In this document: piece after piece, positions 29,885 to 39,427 of the stretch | Layout: every line of letters begins with the position of its first letter | How positions within the stretch are numbered: position 1 is the first letter of the stretch | Assembly (NCBI GenBank): GCA_022560655.1 | Contig: JADFSS010000007.1 | Location: forward strand, 1 to 60,478 | From: Fidelibacterota bacterium | GTDB taxonomy: Bacteria > Fidelibacterota > Marinisomatia > SCGC-AAA003-L08 > TS1B11 | Reading direction: 5' to 3' | DNA: 60,478 nucleotides | Made by a program: the position numbers and the translations under genes | Notes under the pieces: model-generated | Seen by the model: only the letters and a program-made list of their open reading frames with translations | Databases searched by the model: none | What the model was told of the DNA's origin: nothing

Positions 29885-30910
29885 CTAATTGACTTCCCAT
29901 GTGTGCCCGCCGTTGATAATCGTCTCCAGGTCCCCCGGCCCGAACTTCTCGATTGCCTTTTCAATCTGTTGGTGCACCAGGTCTTCGTAGGTACTTTTTT
30001 CAACCTGGTAGATGACCCCCAGCGGCACCGGAAACTCGGTTTTGTAGGTCATTTCGCTGAGTATCAGGGCGATGATGCGGTCGGACTCGTCGTGTACCAG
30101 CACTTCGTCAACAGAGTGCTTGCCACCTTCCAGGTCCAGCACCACCGGCCGGTGCCCGTCCAGTCCGATCCCCTTGGTGCGGCCCCGGCCAAACAACATG
30201 GGCTGTCCGTTCTCCAGCAGCAGCTGGTGGTCCTCCTTGGTGCTCTTTTCGGTGATATCCTTGAAGGCATCGTCGTTGAAAATCAGGCAGTTTTGGTAGA
30301 TTTCCAGAAATGAAGTGCCGTGGTGCGCGTAGGAAGCCTTAATCATCTGCTGCATGTGCTTGCTCTCCACGTCTGCGGAGCGGGCAACGAACGTGGCGGC
30401 AGCCCCCAGCGCCAGGACAGGCGGATTAAACGGCCAGTCCAGCGAGCCCATGGGCGTGCTTTTGGTGATCTTGCCTGTCTCCGAAGTAGGAGAATACTGC
30501 CCCTTGGTGAGGCCGTAAATGCGATTGTTAAACAGCATCAGGTTGATGTCCAGATTCCGACGCAGGAGATGAATCAGGTGATTGCCACCGATACTTAGGC
30601 CGTCCCCGTCACCGGTTACCACCCAGACGCTCAGGTCGGGATTGGCCAATTTCAGCCCCGTGGCTACCGCCGTTGCCCGCCCATGAATGGTGTGAAATCC
30701 GTAGGTGTTCATGTAGTAAGGAAACCGGCTGGAGCACCCGATGCCCGAGACAAACACGAACTCTTCCCGCTTGCGGCCCAGCTCGGGAAAAGTCTTCTGC
30801 GTCTGGGCCAGAATTGAATAATCACCGCATCCGGGGCACCAGCGCACCGTCTGATCGGAAGTAAAATCCTTGCGGGTTAATGCCTGCGGTTCCGCGGCTG
30901 CCTCAGCCAT
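29885..30910 (-). CDS. korB: 2-oxoglutarate:ferredoxin oxidoreductase subunit beta (TPP-binding)
   Basis: CPGCGD Fe-S/TPP motifs and GDGD...N TPP-binding. Overlaps korA by 8 nt. Confidence 0.85.
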   Translation of the reverse strand: MAEAAAEPQALTRKDFTSDQTVRWCPGCGDYSILAQTQKTFPELGRKREEFVFVSGIGCSSRFPYYMNTYGFHTIHGRATAVATGLKLANPDLSVWVVTGDGDGLSIGGNHLIHLLRRNLDINLMLFNNRIYGLTKGQYSPTSETGKITKSTPMGSLDWPFNPPVLALGAAATFVARSADVESKHMQQMIKASYAHHGTSFLEIYQNCLIFNDDAFKDITEKSTKEDHQLLLENGQPMLFGRGRTKGIGLDGHRPVVLDLEGGKHSVDEVLVHDESDRIIALILSEMTYKTEFPVPLGVIYQVEKSTYEDLVHQQIEKAIEKFGPGDLETIINGGHTWEVN

Positions 30911-32774
30911 GCTTGGACTCCTTAATTATCTCCAGAATTTTGGCTTCAATTTCGTCGGACGTAAATGGCTTGCCCTGCACTTTGGATAGCGGAATGGCGT
31001 CGATAAGAAACTCCCCGCGGATGATACGGACCAGCTGACCCAAGTTCAGCTCCGGTACCAGCACCTGGCGGAACTTGAGCAACACCTCGCCGAGGTTGGT
31101 GGGGAAGGGATTCAGGTAGTTCAGGTGCAGGTGGGAGACCGGCAAACCTCGGTCACGCAGCCGGTCCACCGTCGTGCGAATGGCTCCGAATGTAGAGCCC
31201 CAGGCCAGTACCAGCAACTCGCCATGCTCGTCGCCGTAAGGTACCGCAGCGGGGATAGTATCGGCAACCACTTCAACCTTTTTCTGCCGGCGCATCACCA
31301 TCAGTTCATGATTTTCGGCGTCGTAGCTTACGTTCCCCGTCACCGTGTCCTTCTCAAGGCCGCCAATGCGATGTTCCAGCCCCGGTGTCCCCGGCAGTGC
31401 CCACGGTCGCGCCATAGCTTTAACATCGGCAAACTTGAAGGGGTGGAAGTCATCATCAGCGCCTTTCACCTGGTGATGGTTTATCTTGGGCAGGTCGTTG
31501 AGATCCGGCAGCCGCCATGGCTCGGAGCCGTTGCCCAGGTAACTGTCCGATAGCAGGATCACCGGTATCATGTGCTCCAAGGCGATACGGCAGGCTTCAA
31601 ATGCCATGTTAAAGCAGTCCGCCGGACTGGAAGCTGCCAACACCACCAGTGGGGCCTCGCTGTTGCGGCCATACATAGCCTGGAGCAGGTCAGCCTGCTC
31701 CGTCTTGGTGGGCAAGCCGGTGCTGGGGCCGGCGCGCTGCACATTGACGATAACCAGCGGCAGCTCGGTTGAGATGGCCAAGGCCATGGCCTCGCTTTTG
31801 AGAGCGATCCCCGGTCCGCTGGTGCCGGTGACAGTTAGCGCACCTCCGAACGACGCCCCAATGACTGAGGCGATGGCGGCAATCTCGTCCTCGGCCTGAA
31901 ACGTTATGACCCCGAACTGCTTGTAGCTGGCCAGCAGGTGCAGGATTTCGCTGGCCGGCGTGATGGGGTAGCCCGAGTAGTACAGCCTCAGGCCGCTGAG
32001 ATGGGCCCCCGCTAACAGGCCCAGAGCCAGGGCGTTGTTGCCCATAATGTTGCGATAAGTGCCCGGCGGAAGACTGGCTTTGGGCACGTGGTAACTGGTG
32101 GATATGAGGCGGGTCGTGAGGCCGAAATTGTAGCCCGCTTGCAAGGCTCTCTTGTTGGCCTGAACTACCTCGGGCCGCTTCTTGAATTTGGTTTCGATAA
32201 ATTTGATGGTAGTCTCAAGGGGCCGGTCGTACATCCAGTAGAGCAGACCCAGAGCGAACATATTGGTGGACCGGGCCATCACCTTGGGGCTAAGCCCCAG
32301 GTCCTCCAGGGCATTCGCCACCAGTCGCGTCATGTCGACGCTGATGACGGTATACTCCTTGAGTGAGTCGTCCTCCAGGGGGTTACTCTCCCACACCGCC
32401 AGCTCCAGGTTGCGCTTGGTGAAAGTGGCGTTGTTGGCGATGAGGATGCCGTTGGAGCGCAGATCGGCCAGATTGGCTTGCAGTGCAGCGGGGTTCATCA
32501 CCACGAGCACATCGGGCCGGTCGCCAGGCGTCTGGATTTCCTTGCTGCTGAACTGGATCTGGAAGGAGCTCACCCCCGCCAGCGAACCGGCGGGAGCCCG
32601 TATCTCGGCTGGAAAATCGGGCAGCGTCGCCAAGTCATTCCCGAGGATGCCGGTGGTTTCGGTGAACTGGCTGCCGGTGAGCTGCATACCATCACCCGAG
32701 TCTCCGGCAAAGCGGATGGTCACCGACTCAACTTCTTCCACCGCTTTCTTAGGGCGTTTCTCCGTCTCACTCAT
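30903..32774 (-). CDS. korA: 2-oxoglutarate:ferredoxin oxidoreductase subunit alpha
   Basis: 623-aa fused gamma/alpha-type domains characteristic of KorA. Confidence 0.85.
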   Translation of the reverse strand: MSETEKRPKKAVEEVESVTIRFAGDSGDGMQLTGSQFTETTGILGNDLATLPDFPAEIRAPAGSLAGVSSFQIQFSSKEIQTPGDRPDVLVVMNPAALQANLADLRSNGILIANNATFTKRNLELAVWESNPLEDDSLKEYTVISVDMTRLVANALEDLGLSPKVMARSTNMFALGLLYWMYDRPLETTIKFIETKFKKRPEVVQANKRALQAGYNFGLTTRLISTSYHVPKASLPPGTYRNIMGNNALALGLLAGAHLSGLRLYYSGYPITPASEILHLLASYKQFGVITFQAEDEIAAIASVIGASFGGALTVTGTSGPGIALKSEAMALAISTELPLVIVNVQRAGPSTGLPTKTEQADLLQAMYGRNSEAPLVVLAASSPADCFNMAFEACRIALEHMIPVILLSDSYLGNGSEPWRLPDLNDLPKINHHQVKGADDDFHPFKFADVKAMARPWALPGTPGLEHRIGGLEKDTVTGNVSYDAENHELMVMRRQKKVEVVADTIPAAVPYGDEHGELLVLAWGSTFGAIRTTVDRLRDRGLPVSHLHLNYLNPFPTNLGEVLLKFRQVLVPELNLGQLVRIIRGEFLIDAIPLSKVQGKPFTSDEIEAKILEIIKESKHG

Positions 32775-32962
32775 GTTCCAGGCCTTGTTAAAAATTTACT
32801 ACTGGTGACATTTTCATCCAGACCCTGAACTGCGGAGAGCCAAGGCCGACGTAAAAGTTACCGCTGCAAATAGACGGGCGGTACGATTTTTGGGTCGGCC
32901 ACCCGTCCTACGGCACCGCACTCCTTTGCCTCACTACCGGCCCGTAGCTAAATTCATCCGCT

Positions 32963-34048
32963 ATGCACAAGCGACTTACCCAGCTAAGCCACGGCGCCGG
33001 CTGAGCCTGTAAGCTAGGTCCTGATGACCTGGCCCAGGTTCTGGGTCAACTGCCCCGGCTCCCCGCCGACGACCACATTCTCATCAGCTACGACAACGCT
33101 GACGACGCCGCAGCGGTGCGCCTCGATCCCGCCACAAGTGCTGATGGCAGCCGTATTCTCCTGCAAAGCACCGATTTTTTCACCCCCATCGTGGACGATC
33201 CATATCAGTTCGGGCAGATCGCAGCTGCCAACGCTATCTCCGATATTTATGCCATGGGGGGCAAGCCGCTCTTTGCCCTCAATATCGTCGGTTTCCCCGT
33301 CAAGCAACTGCCCCTGGACATGCTGGTCCAAATCCTCAAGGGTGGGCAGGACAAAGCCCACGAGGCCGGTATTCATATTCTCGGCGGCCACACCATTGAC
33401 GACGAGGAGCCCAAATACGGCCTGGTGGTCACTGGCGAAGTGGCCGAGAAAGACCTGCTGCGCAACAACACTGGCCGGGTGGGTGACCAATTGGTACTCA
33501 CCAAGCCGCTGGGCACCGGCATTATCGCTACCGCCATCAAGCATGGCGCGGCTCCTGACGATGTGGTGGCGCGCGCCGTGGCTACCATGACCGCTCTGAA
33601 CCGCGTGGCGGCCGAGGTGGCCCACGATGTGGGCGTCAGCGCCCTCACGGATGTCACCGGCTTCGGGCTCCTGGGACACCTGCTGGAGATGTGTACAGTC
33701 TCTCGCAGTGATGGAACCGCGCATGGCCTACAGGCCACCATCGACCTGGCTGCTCTCCCCATATTGCCTGGCACGCGTGGCCTGGCTGAAGAGGGCCACG
33801 TCCCCGGCGGCACGAGGCGCAACCTCGACCACGTGAAGAAGGTGCTGGCCCATGAGGGGCCGATCTCGGAGATCGACGAAATCATCGCCGCCGACGCGCA
33901 GACCTCAGGGGGCCTGCTCATGGCGGTCAGCCCGGACAAAGCGGACCAACTTGTGGCCGGCCTCAACAAGCGCCAGACCTTGGCTGCCGCCGTGGTGGGC
34001 GCATTCACCGGGGAAGGTGAGCCACATCTGACGCTACGCGCTGGTTGA
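32963..34048 (+). CDS. selD: Selenide, water dikinase (selenophosphate synthetase) with in-frame UGA (selenocysteine) at 33002-33004
   Basis: From ATG 32963 the translation reads MHKRLTQLSHGAG-U-ACKLGPDDLAQVLGQL..., which aligns to E. coli SelD [25 protein letters not shown]; the UGA falls at the Cys17 position. The rest of the 361 codons align throughout (STDFF.PIVDDPY.FG.IAA.NA.SDI.AMGG...DVTGFGLLGHL). ORF finders report only 33116-34048. Confidence 0.8.
33013..33033 (+). promoter_or_regulatory. Candidate bacterial SECIS-like hairpin 9 nt downstream of the selD UGA
   Basis: GCUAGGUC-CUGAU-GACCUGGC forms an 8-bp stem with one G-U pair and a 5-nt loop. A second small hairpin (CCCAG-GUU-CUGGG) follows. 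Confidence 0.35.
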
Positions 34049-34337
34049 AGCAACCCGTAGCTAATTCCTCCGCCGGTTCCGGCAAGTTGGACGAGACCCG
34101 CAAGCTAAGCGATATCTAGCTGGCACACTGCCGCCACCACATGGTCCTCCCCGAAGTGGGTCTGGAGGGCCAGGTCCGTCTTGGTGTAACCATCGACGAC
34201 ACAGTTCTAGCCCGGCCCCGGCCGAAAGCCAACTGGTGCCCCGCCGTGCCGCCGAGGGCAAGTTCTGATGATCAGGATGCAGGCGCTTTTTGCCCTATGA
34301 AGCGGCCGCAAAACAGGCCACGGCTGAGTCGTGCGGC

Positions 34338-35648
34338 CTAGCGGCTGGTGAAGAGCTGCCGGTTGATGGCCCGCCGGCTGCCCACCACCCCGAAGTGCAC
34401 GTTGCGCATGTATTTGCGCAGCACCATCTGGATATCTTTCGGGCGCACGGCATTCAATTCCGGGAGAAACTGCTCCCCCTTCTCCCAGCCCTCGCCCACA
34501 ATTTCCCACATGGCCAACTGGCCCATCTGGTCCGCGGACGATTCATTGTCCAGCAGATAGCGGGTCACTGACGATGTCAGGGCAGCCTGCAGCTGCTCAT
34601 CGGGTACTGGGTCGAGGATCACACCGTCAATGGTCCGAAATATGGCCCGTAGCGAGCGGTTCGGCTCGGTCGAGGTCAGAAATATGTAACCGTGATTGGC
34701 AATCAGGCGGCCAGCGCCAGCGCTGGCCTCAGTTGTGAGACCATGGTCGGTGCGCAGCGTGCCGCTCAGCCGGTCGCTGAGGATACGGGTGGCGGCGGTG
34801 AAGGCCGGATAGTCGGGGTGCCCGGGTCGGGGCGCATCGAAGAGCCCCAGGATGTAGTGCGCGCTCAGGTTCCGCTCCGCCACAGCCAGATCGGGCGAAC
34901 CCGACAAAAAGTTAAGTGTTGGCAGGCGTAGATCCGGGCCAGGAGCCAGCTGCCTCGCCAGATCGCGCGCTTTTTTCGTCACACTGGGGATGCCCAGGTC
35001 ACCCACGATTACCAGCAACAACCGGTTCTTGGTGATGTCGCTGCGGTGGTATTGTACCAGGTCCTTCCGTGACAGACTTGTTACGGCCGAGGCGATACCA
35101 AAAAGGCTGACGCCATAGGGGTGTCCCTCGTAATAGAGATCGCTGGCTACCCGTTTAACCTGCCGCCCGGGCAGTTCGTCCTCCGCCTCGATGGCAGCCA
35201 CAATGCGCTCACGCACCAATTCCAGCTCCTCGTTGGCGAAGCGTGGGTGCAGGAAAATATCGGTGAACAGCTCCCATGACGCCTCAAAATTGTCGCGGAT
35301 GCACCGGAAAGTGAGGGTCGTGTAGTCATAGGTTGCGGCAGTATTGAATTTCGTGCCTAACGCCTCCAGCTGGGCATTCAGATCGTCCTTGCTCAACGAC
35401 TCGGTGCCGCCTCGGGCGACCTCAAACAGAAAGCGCTCGATGCCTGCCTGCCTGGGACCCATGTAATTCATGCCACCCTTCAGATAGAGCCCCGCGGCAG
35501 CCACCGGGTTGCCTGGCGTCTGCTTGTAAATGACCTGCAAGCCGTCGACAATAAATGCGGTGATCTGCACCTCCGATGCCGGTGAGCAGGCAACCGTTGC
35601 CAGCAGCAAACCCATGAGCGGCCTTCGGCAAACGGGGCCAAACCTCAC
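34338..35648 (-). CDS. M16 (pitrilysin)-family protein lacking the HxxEH zinc motif; lipoprotein-type signal
   Basis: M16 two-domain architecture. The usual GxAHFLEHMxFKGT site reads AGIERFLFEVARGGT. Downstream NAATYDYTTLTF matches the NAxTxxDxTxY block. Confidence 0.65.
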   Translation of the reverse strand: MRFGPVCRRPLMGLLLATVACSPASEVQITAFIVDGLQVIYKQTPGNPVAAAGLYLKGGMNYMGPRQAGIERFLFEVARGGTESLSKDDLNAQLEALGTKFNTAATYDYTTLTFRCIRDNFEASWELFTDIFLHPRFANEELELVRERIVAAIEAEDELPGRQVKRVASDLYYEGHPYGVSLFGIASAVTSLSRKDLVQYHRSDITKNRLLLVIVGDLGIPSVTKKARDLARQLAPGPDLRLPTLNFLSGSPDLAVAERNLSAHYILGLFDAPRPGHPDYPAFTAATRILSDRLSGTLRTDHGLTTEASAGAGRLIANHGYIFLTSTEPNRSLRAIFRTIDGVILDPVPDEQLQAALTSSVTRYLLDNESSADQMGQLAMWEIVGEGWEKGEQFLPELNAVRPKDIQMVLRKYMRNVHFGVVGSRRAINRQLFTSR

Positions 35649-36994
35649 GGCAACAGGCTGCCCGGCGCCAGGTTGAGCTCCTGCTGGGACTGGCGGTCCA
35701 CCATCACCGCTGTGACCCTGGGCTGGCCGATGATGTAACGGTTCACGTAATTCACAATGTCAGCACGGCTCACCGCCCTCAGGTTGTCCAGATATCCGCG
35801 GTAGTAGTCCAGCCCGGCTATGGCCCACCAGAAGCCCAGTTCATGGACGAAGTAGGAGGCCTCATCGCGCTTATAAATGGCGTCTACCTCCAAGAGGGTT
35901 TTGGCATTGGCCAACTGCTTGTCGCTGAAATATTCCGGCTCCGCAAAGCTTTCAATTTCCGCCAGCAGCGCCTCATGGGCGGCGCGCAATTTATCGGGAC
36001 GGCACGCTGCGTTGATAAGAATGGGTCCCACATATTTCTGTGTCAAGTAAAACATATCCGCCTCTAGAACGCCCGCCGCAATGAGGTTCTTCTGAAATGA
36101 CGAGGTTTTCTGCGACAGAATCAACGACAGGACATCCGCGGCAAAGGTGCCCTTCACATCGGCGGTTACACTGGGGCCCTGCCAGGCCAGAGTAAGCCGG
36201 GCGGTGGTCACCGGTTGGGTCACGATGGTGTCCACATTGGCGGCCAGGGGTATCATGGGTGGAATGGGGTTGGTCCTGGACGGATCAGGCCCATCCTCCC
36301 ATCCACCGAACTGCTTTCGTGCCAGGCGAAATACATCCTTGGGCGACACGTCTCCCGCCACTAATAGGGCGGCGTTGTTGGGTAGCCCGTAGCGTTCATG
36401 CATCAGCAACATCTGCTCCAGCGTGGCTTCCCGGATCACCTGGCGATCACCTTGGTAGTCTTTGCGGCTGAAGGTGGAACCCCACAGCTTTTGCTGCACG
36501 GCGCGGTTAAGCTGTGCGCCGGGATTGGCGGCCTGCCTGTCCATCTGCTCCAGGATCAGTTCCTTTTCACGGGCCATCTCATCGATGTTGAACATTGGAA
36601 ATTCCACCACCTGCTGCATGAACTCCAGGCCCGCACCCAGGGAATCGCTGGGCAGAGTGGCATGAAAATGGACCCACTCCTCTCGGGTCGACGCCCCCGT
36701 GATCATGCCCAGCTCTCTGACTCTCGCGAGGTAGGATGCTTGGGTAGATAGTATCTTGTTGGCTTTGAAGAACAGGTTGTCATACAAGTTAGTCAGTCCG
36801 TTCTCTTCCGGTGATTCAATGAAGGCGCCGTTGCGGAACAAGATTTCGATGGTCACCAGAGGCACTGTGTGGTTTTCGACCACAATTACTTCGAGTCCGT
36901 TGCCAAGAATTTTGGATGGATACGGACCCTCAGCCGGCAGAACGGCGGGAATGATCACGAGGATGATTAACGTGAAACCGCACAGAGCTTTCAT
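35645..36994 (-). CDS. M16 (pitrilysin)-family protein lacking the HxxEH zinc motif; signal peptide
   Basis: LGNGLEVIVVEN...PLVTIEILFRNGAF matches the M16 N-terminus. The zinc site reads GLTNLYDNLFFKAN. Overlaps the downstream M16 gene by 4 nt (ATGA). Confidence 0.65.
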   Translation of the reverse strand: MKALCGFTLIILVIIPAVLPAEGPYPSKILGNGLEVIVVENHTVPLVTIEILFRNGAFIESPEENGLTNLYDNLFFKANKILSTQASYLARVRELGMITGASTREEWVHFHATLPSDSLGAGLEFMQQVVEFPMFNIDEMAREKELILEQMDRQAANPGAQLNRAVQQKLWGSTFSRKDYQGDRQVIREATLEQMLLMHERYGLPNNAALLVAGDVSPKDVFRLARKQFGGWEDGPDPSRTNPIPPMIPLAANVDTIVTQPVTTARLTLAWQGPSVTADVKGTFAADVLSLILSQKTSSFQKNLIAAGVLEADMFYLTQKYVGPILINAACRPDKLRAAHEALLAEIESFAEPEYFSDKQLANAKTLLEVDAIYKRDEASYFVHELGFWWAIAGLDYYRGYLDNLRAVSRADIVNYVNRYIIGQPRVTAVMVDRQSQQELNLAPGSLLP

Positions 36995-37016
36995 AAAGCC
37001 CCCTTATTGCATGCAG

Positions 37017-37047
37017 GCAAGTTTACATACATTCTTGCAAGTTTACG
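37017..37047. repeat. Direct repeat GCAAGTTTAC(A/G) x2, 20 bp centre to centre, in the divergent intergenic region
   Basis: Seen in the sequence at 37017-37027 and 37037-37047, between the M16 operon (minus) and the lipoprotein gene (plus). Confidence 0.5.
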
Positions 37048-37152
37048 GCGCTTTTCCCCTATTCACCGGCCTCCGACCCGCTAGACCTTGAATTTGGGGG
37101 AGGGGTGTTCTAAGTTCAACTCATCAGGAGGGACTGGAGCAGCGGGAAGCGC

Positions 37153-37569
37153 ATGAAATTTTCAGGAGGATTTATCACTGGCGGTCTGGTGCTTGTCACC
37201 TTGGCCGTCTCCTGCGAACGCCTGCCCAGCGGTTATGTCTCCGCCGGTTCGGTGGTTGTTGAGGTTAGTCTTGCGCCCGGGCTGGCAAAACACTGGGTAT
37301 CGGTGGAAGTCAATGGCGAGACCCGGTTCCAGAGCTATTTGCCCGCTACCAACGGGCGAGTCGGGCCACCGGCCAGCTTCTCTCTTGACCTGCCCAGAGG
37401 CACGCATTATCTGCTGGTCCGGTGGGTGCCCACCGATGGCGATCTCCCGGCACGCATAGCCAATAATGACATAGCGTTAAGCTCCAGCATGGCCTATGAC
37501 CTCGGGCTGGTGATTGCCGCCTCTTCCCTGCAGATCGCGGTTCGCGAACGCCGCTCCGCGGATGGCTAG
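37153..37569 (+). CDS. Hypothetical lipoprotein (138 aa)
   Basis: Signal peptide with lipobox-like LAVSC, high GC3, and no recognisable domain. Confidence 0.45.
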   Translation: MKFSGGFITGGLVLVTLAVSCERLPSGYVSAGSVVVEVSLAPGLAKHWVSVEVNGETRFQSYLPATNGRVGPPASFSLDLPRGTHYLLVRWVPTDGDLPARIANNDIALSSSMAYDLGLVIAASSLQIAVRERRSADG

Positions 37570-37647
37570 CCCTGTCACCTGCTCCGGTAAGGCGACCCTG
37601 AACCTTTTCGCTGCACCGAGTCCCACACTCAATCTGTCCCTCGCAGG

Positions 37648-38436
37648 ATGCGGCCGCTGAAAATCGCCGTGCTCATTAAGCAGGTGCCCGAGGCGGGGGC
37701 CCCGCTGAAAATTAACGCCGGCCGTTCCTGGGTAGAAGAAACCAACCTCTCTTTTACCACCAACGAAAGTGACTCATATGCGCTGGAAGAAGCCCTGTTG
37801 CTCAAGGAAGCCGGTAGTGCCGAGGTGCTGGCCTGTACCCTGGGCCCTGAGCGGGCGGATCAGGTGCTAAAAGACGCCCTTGCTAAGGGGGCTGACCGCG
37901 CCCTCTTGCTGACGGATGAGCTCTTTGCCCAACTGGACGTACAGGGCGCCGCTCTGGCTCTTGCCCGCGCCCTCATTGAGGAGCGCTGCGACCTGATTCT
38001 GCTGGGCCTCCAGGCCGATGACACCGGCGAGGCGCAGCTGGGACCTGCGCTTGCCGAGCGGCTTGATCTGCCCCATGTTACTCTGGTAGTTGAAACGACC
38101 CTCGAAAACGGATCGGTGAAAGTGCGGCAGGAACAGGAGAACGGCTGGTTTCAGCACCTGAACGTGACCCTGCCAGCCCTATTCACTATTCAATCGGGGA
38201 TTAACCGGCCACGGTACGCATCGCTCCGGGGCATTATGGCCATGAAGAGCAAGGAAATCAGGCAGCTGTCTGCTTCCGATCTGAACCTTTCCGCAGTCGA
38301 CCTCACGCCACAGCAGACCTTATACGGCCTCGGCGTACCTCCGAAAACCAAGCAGACCACCGTCATTGAGGGTAGCCCTGCCGAGGTAGTGGCACGGCTG
38401 GTGGAAGCCTTGGCAAATGAGGCGCAGGTTATCTAG
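37648..38436 (+). CDS. etfB: Electron transfer flavoprotein subunit beta
   Basis: MRPLKIAVLIKQVP... is the typical EtfB/FixA start, and homology runs the full length. Confidence 0.85.
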   Translation: MRPLKIAVLIKQVPEAGAPLKINAGRSWVEETNLSFTTNESDSYALEEALLLKEAGSAEVLACTLGPERADQVLKDALAKGADRALLLTDELFAQLDVQGAALALARALIEERCDLILLGLQADDTGEAQLGPALAERLDLPHVTLVVETTLENGSVKVRQEQENGWFQHLNVTLPALFTIQSGINRPRYASLRGIMAMKSKEIRQLSASDLNLSAVDLTPQQTLYGLGVPPKTKQTTVIEGSPAEVVARLVEALANEAQVI

Positions 38437-38439
38437 CCC

Positions 38440-39411
38440 GTGGGCAAGATCTTCACTTTCCTTGAACTCCGCAATGGCGCCGTCGCCCGATCATCCCTGG
38501 AGGCCTTGCGGGGCGGTCAGGAGCTTGCCGCCCAGCTCCACCACTCCCACACCGCCGTGCTCTTCGGCCTGGAAGCACCACCCAGTGAGCTTACAGGCCT
38601 GCAACTGGACGATATATTGGTGGCGCCTGCCCCCCAGTTGGCAATCTACACCTCCGATCAGTACGTGGCTGCCATGGATGCAGTGATCAATGCAGAGGCC
38701 CCCAATATACTTTTGGCTGCCCACACTTACCAGGCCCGTGACTGGCTGCCGCGCCTGGCCTGCCGACTGGGACGTCCTCTGGTAAGCGATTGCGTTGGTT
38801 TCCGGTTGGATGGCGATCTCATTTGGCTGCGACCCCTGTTCCAGGGCAAGATGAACGCGCAGGTGAAGACCACTCCCGGGTTGGTCATGGTCTCCTTTCA
38901 GGCGGGCACCTTCCGGTCCGACGACCTGGAGAGTGGCTCGCCCACTGTTCGTACCCATGAAGTCGATTTGTCGGCTGTGCCCGTGCGGGTACAGCCCGGC
39001 AAGGCCGTCCAGGAGGGCCGTGGTGCGGTGGACCTGAGCCGGGCAGAGCGCATTGTTTCCGTCGGCCGCGGCATCGGAGGCGAAGAGAATCTACCCCTGG
39101 TGCAGGCGCTGGCGGAGGCACTGGACGCCGAGCTGGGGGCCTCCCGCCCCGTGGTAGACTACGGCTGGCTGCCGCACGCCCACCAGGTCGGCTCGTCCGG
39201 GCAGACCGTAGCGCCGAAGCTCTATCTGGCAGTGGGCATTTCCGGTGCCATCCAGCATCAAGTGGGCATGAAAGGATCTGGCTGCGTCGTGGCTATCAAC
39301 AAGGATCCCCACGCTCCCATTTTCGAGATCGCCGACTACGGTATTGTGGCCGATTTCATGGAGATCGTCCCGGCCCTGACGGCCGCCCTTCTGGAGCGGC
39401 GCTCCGGCTAG
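38440..39411 (+). CDS. etfA: Electron transfer flavoprotein subunit alpha
   Basis: GTG start 3 nt after the etfB stop. C-terminal FAD-binding motifs (PKLYLAVGISGAIQH..GM, VAINKDPHAPIF). Confidence 0.85.
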   Translation: MGKIFTFLELRNGAVARSSLEALRGGQELAAQLHHSHTAVLFGLEAPPSELTGLQLDDILVAPAPQLAIYTSDQYVAAMDAVINAEAPNILLAAHTYQARDWLPRLACRLGRPLVSDCVGFRLDGDLIWLRPLFQGKMNAQVKTTPGLVMVSFQAGTFRSDDLESGSPTVRTHEVDLSAVPVRVQPGKAVQEGRGAVDLSRAERIVSVGRGIGGEENLPLVQALAEALDAELGASRPVVDYGWLPHAHQVGSSGQTVAPKLYLAVGISGAIQHQVGMKGSGCVVAINKDPHAPIFEIADYGIVADFMEIVPALTAALLERRSG

Positions 39412-39427
39412 CGCAACCGCGGACGTC

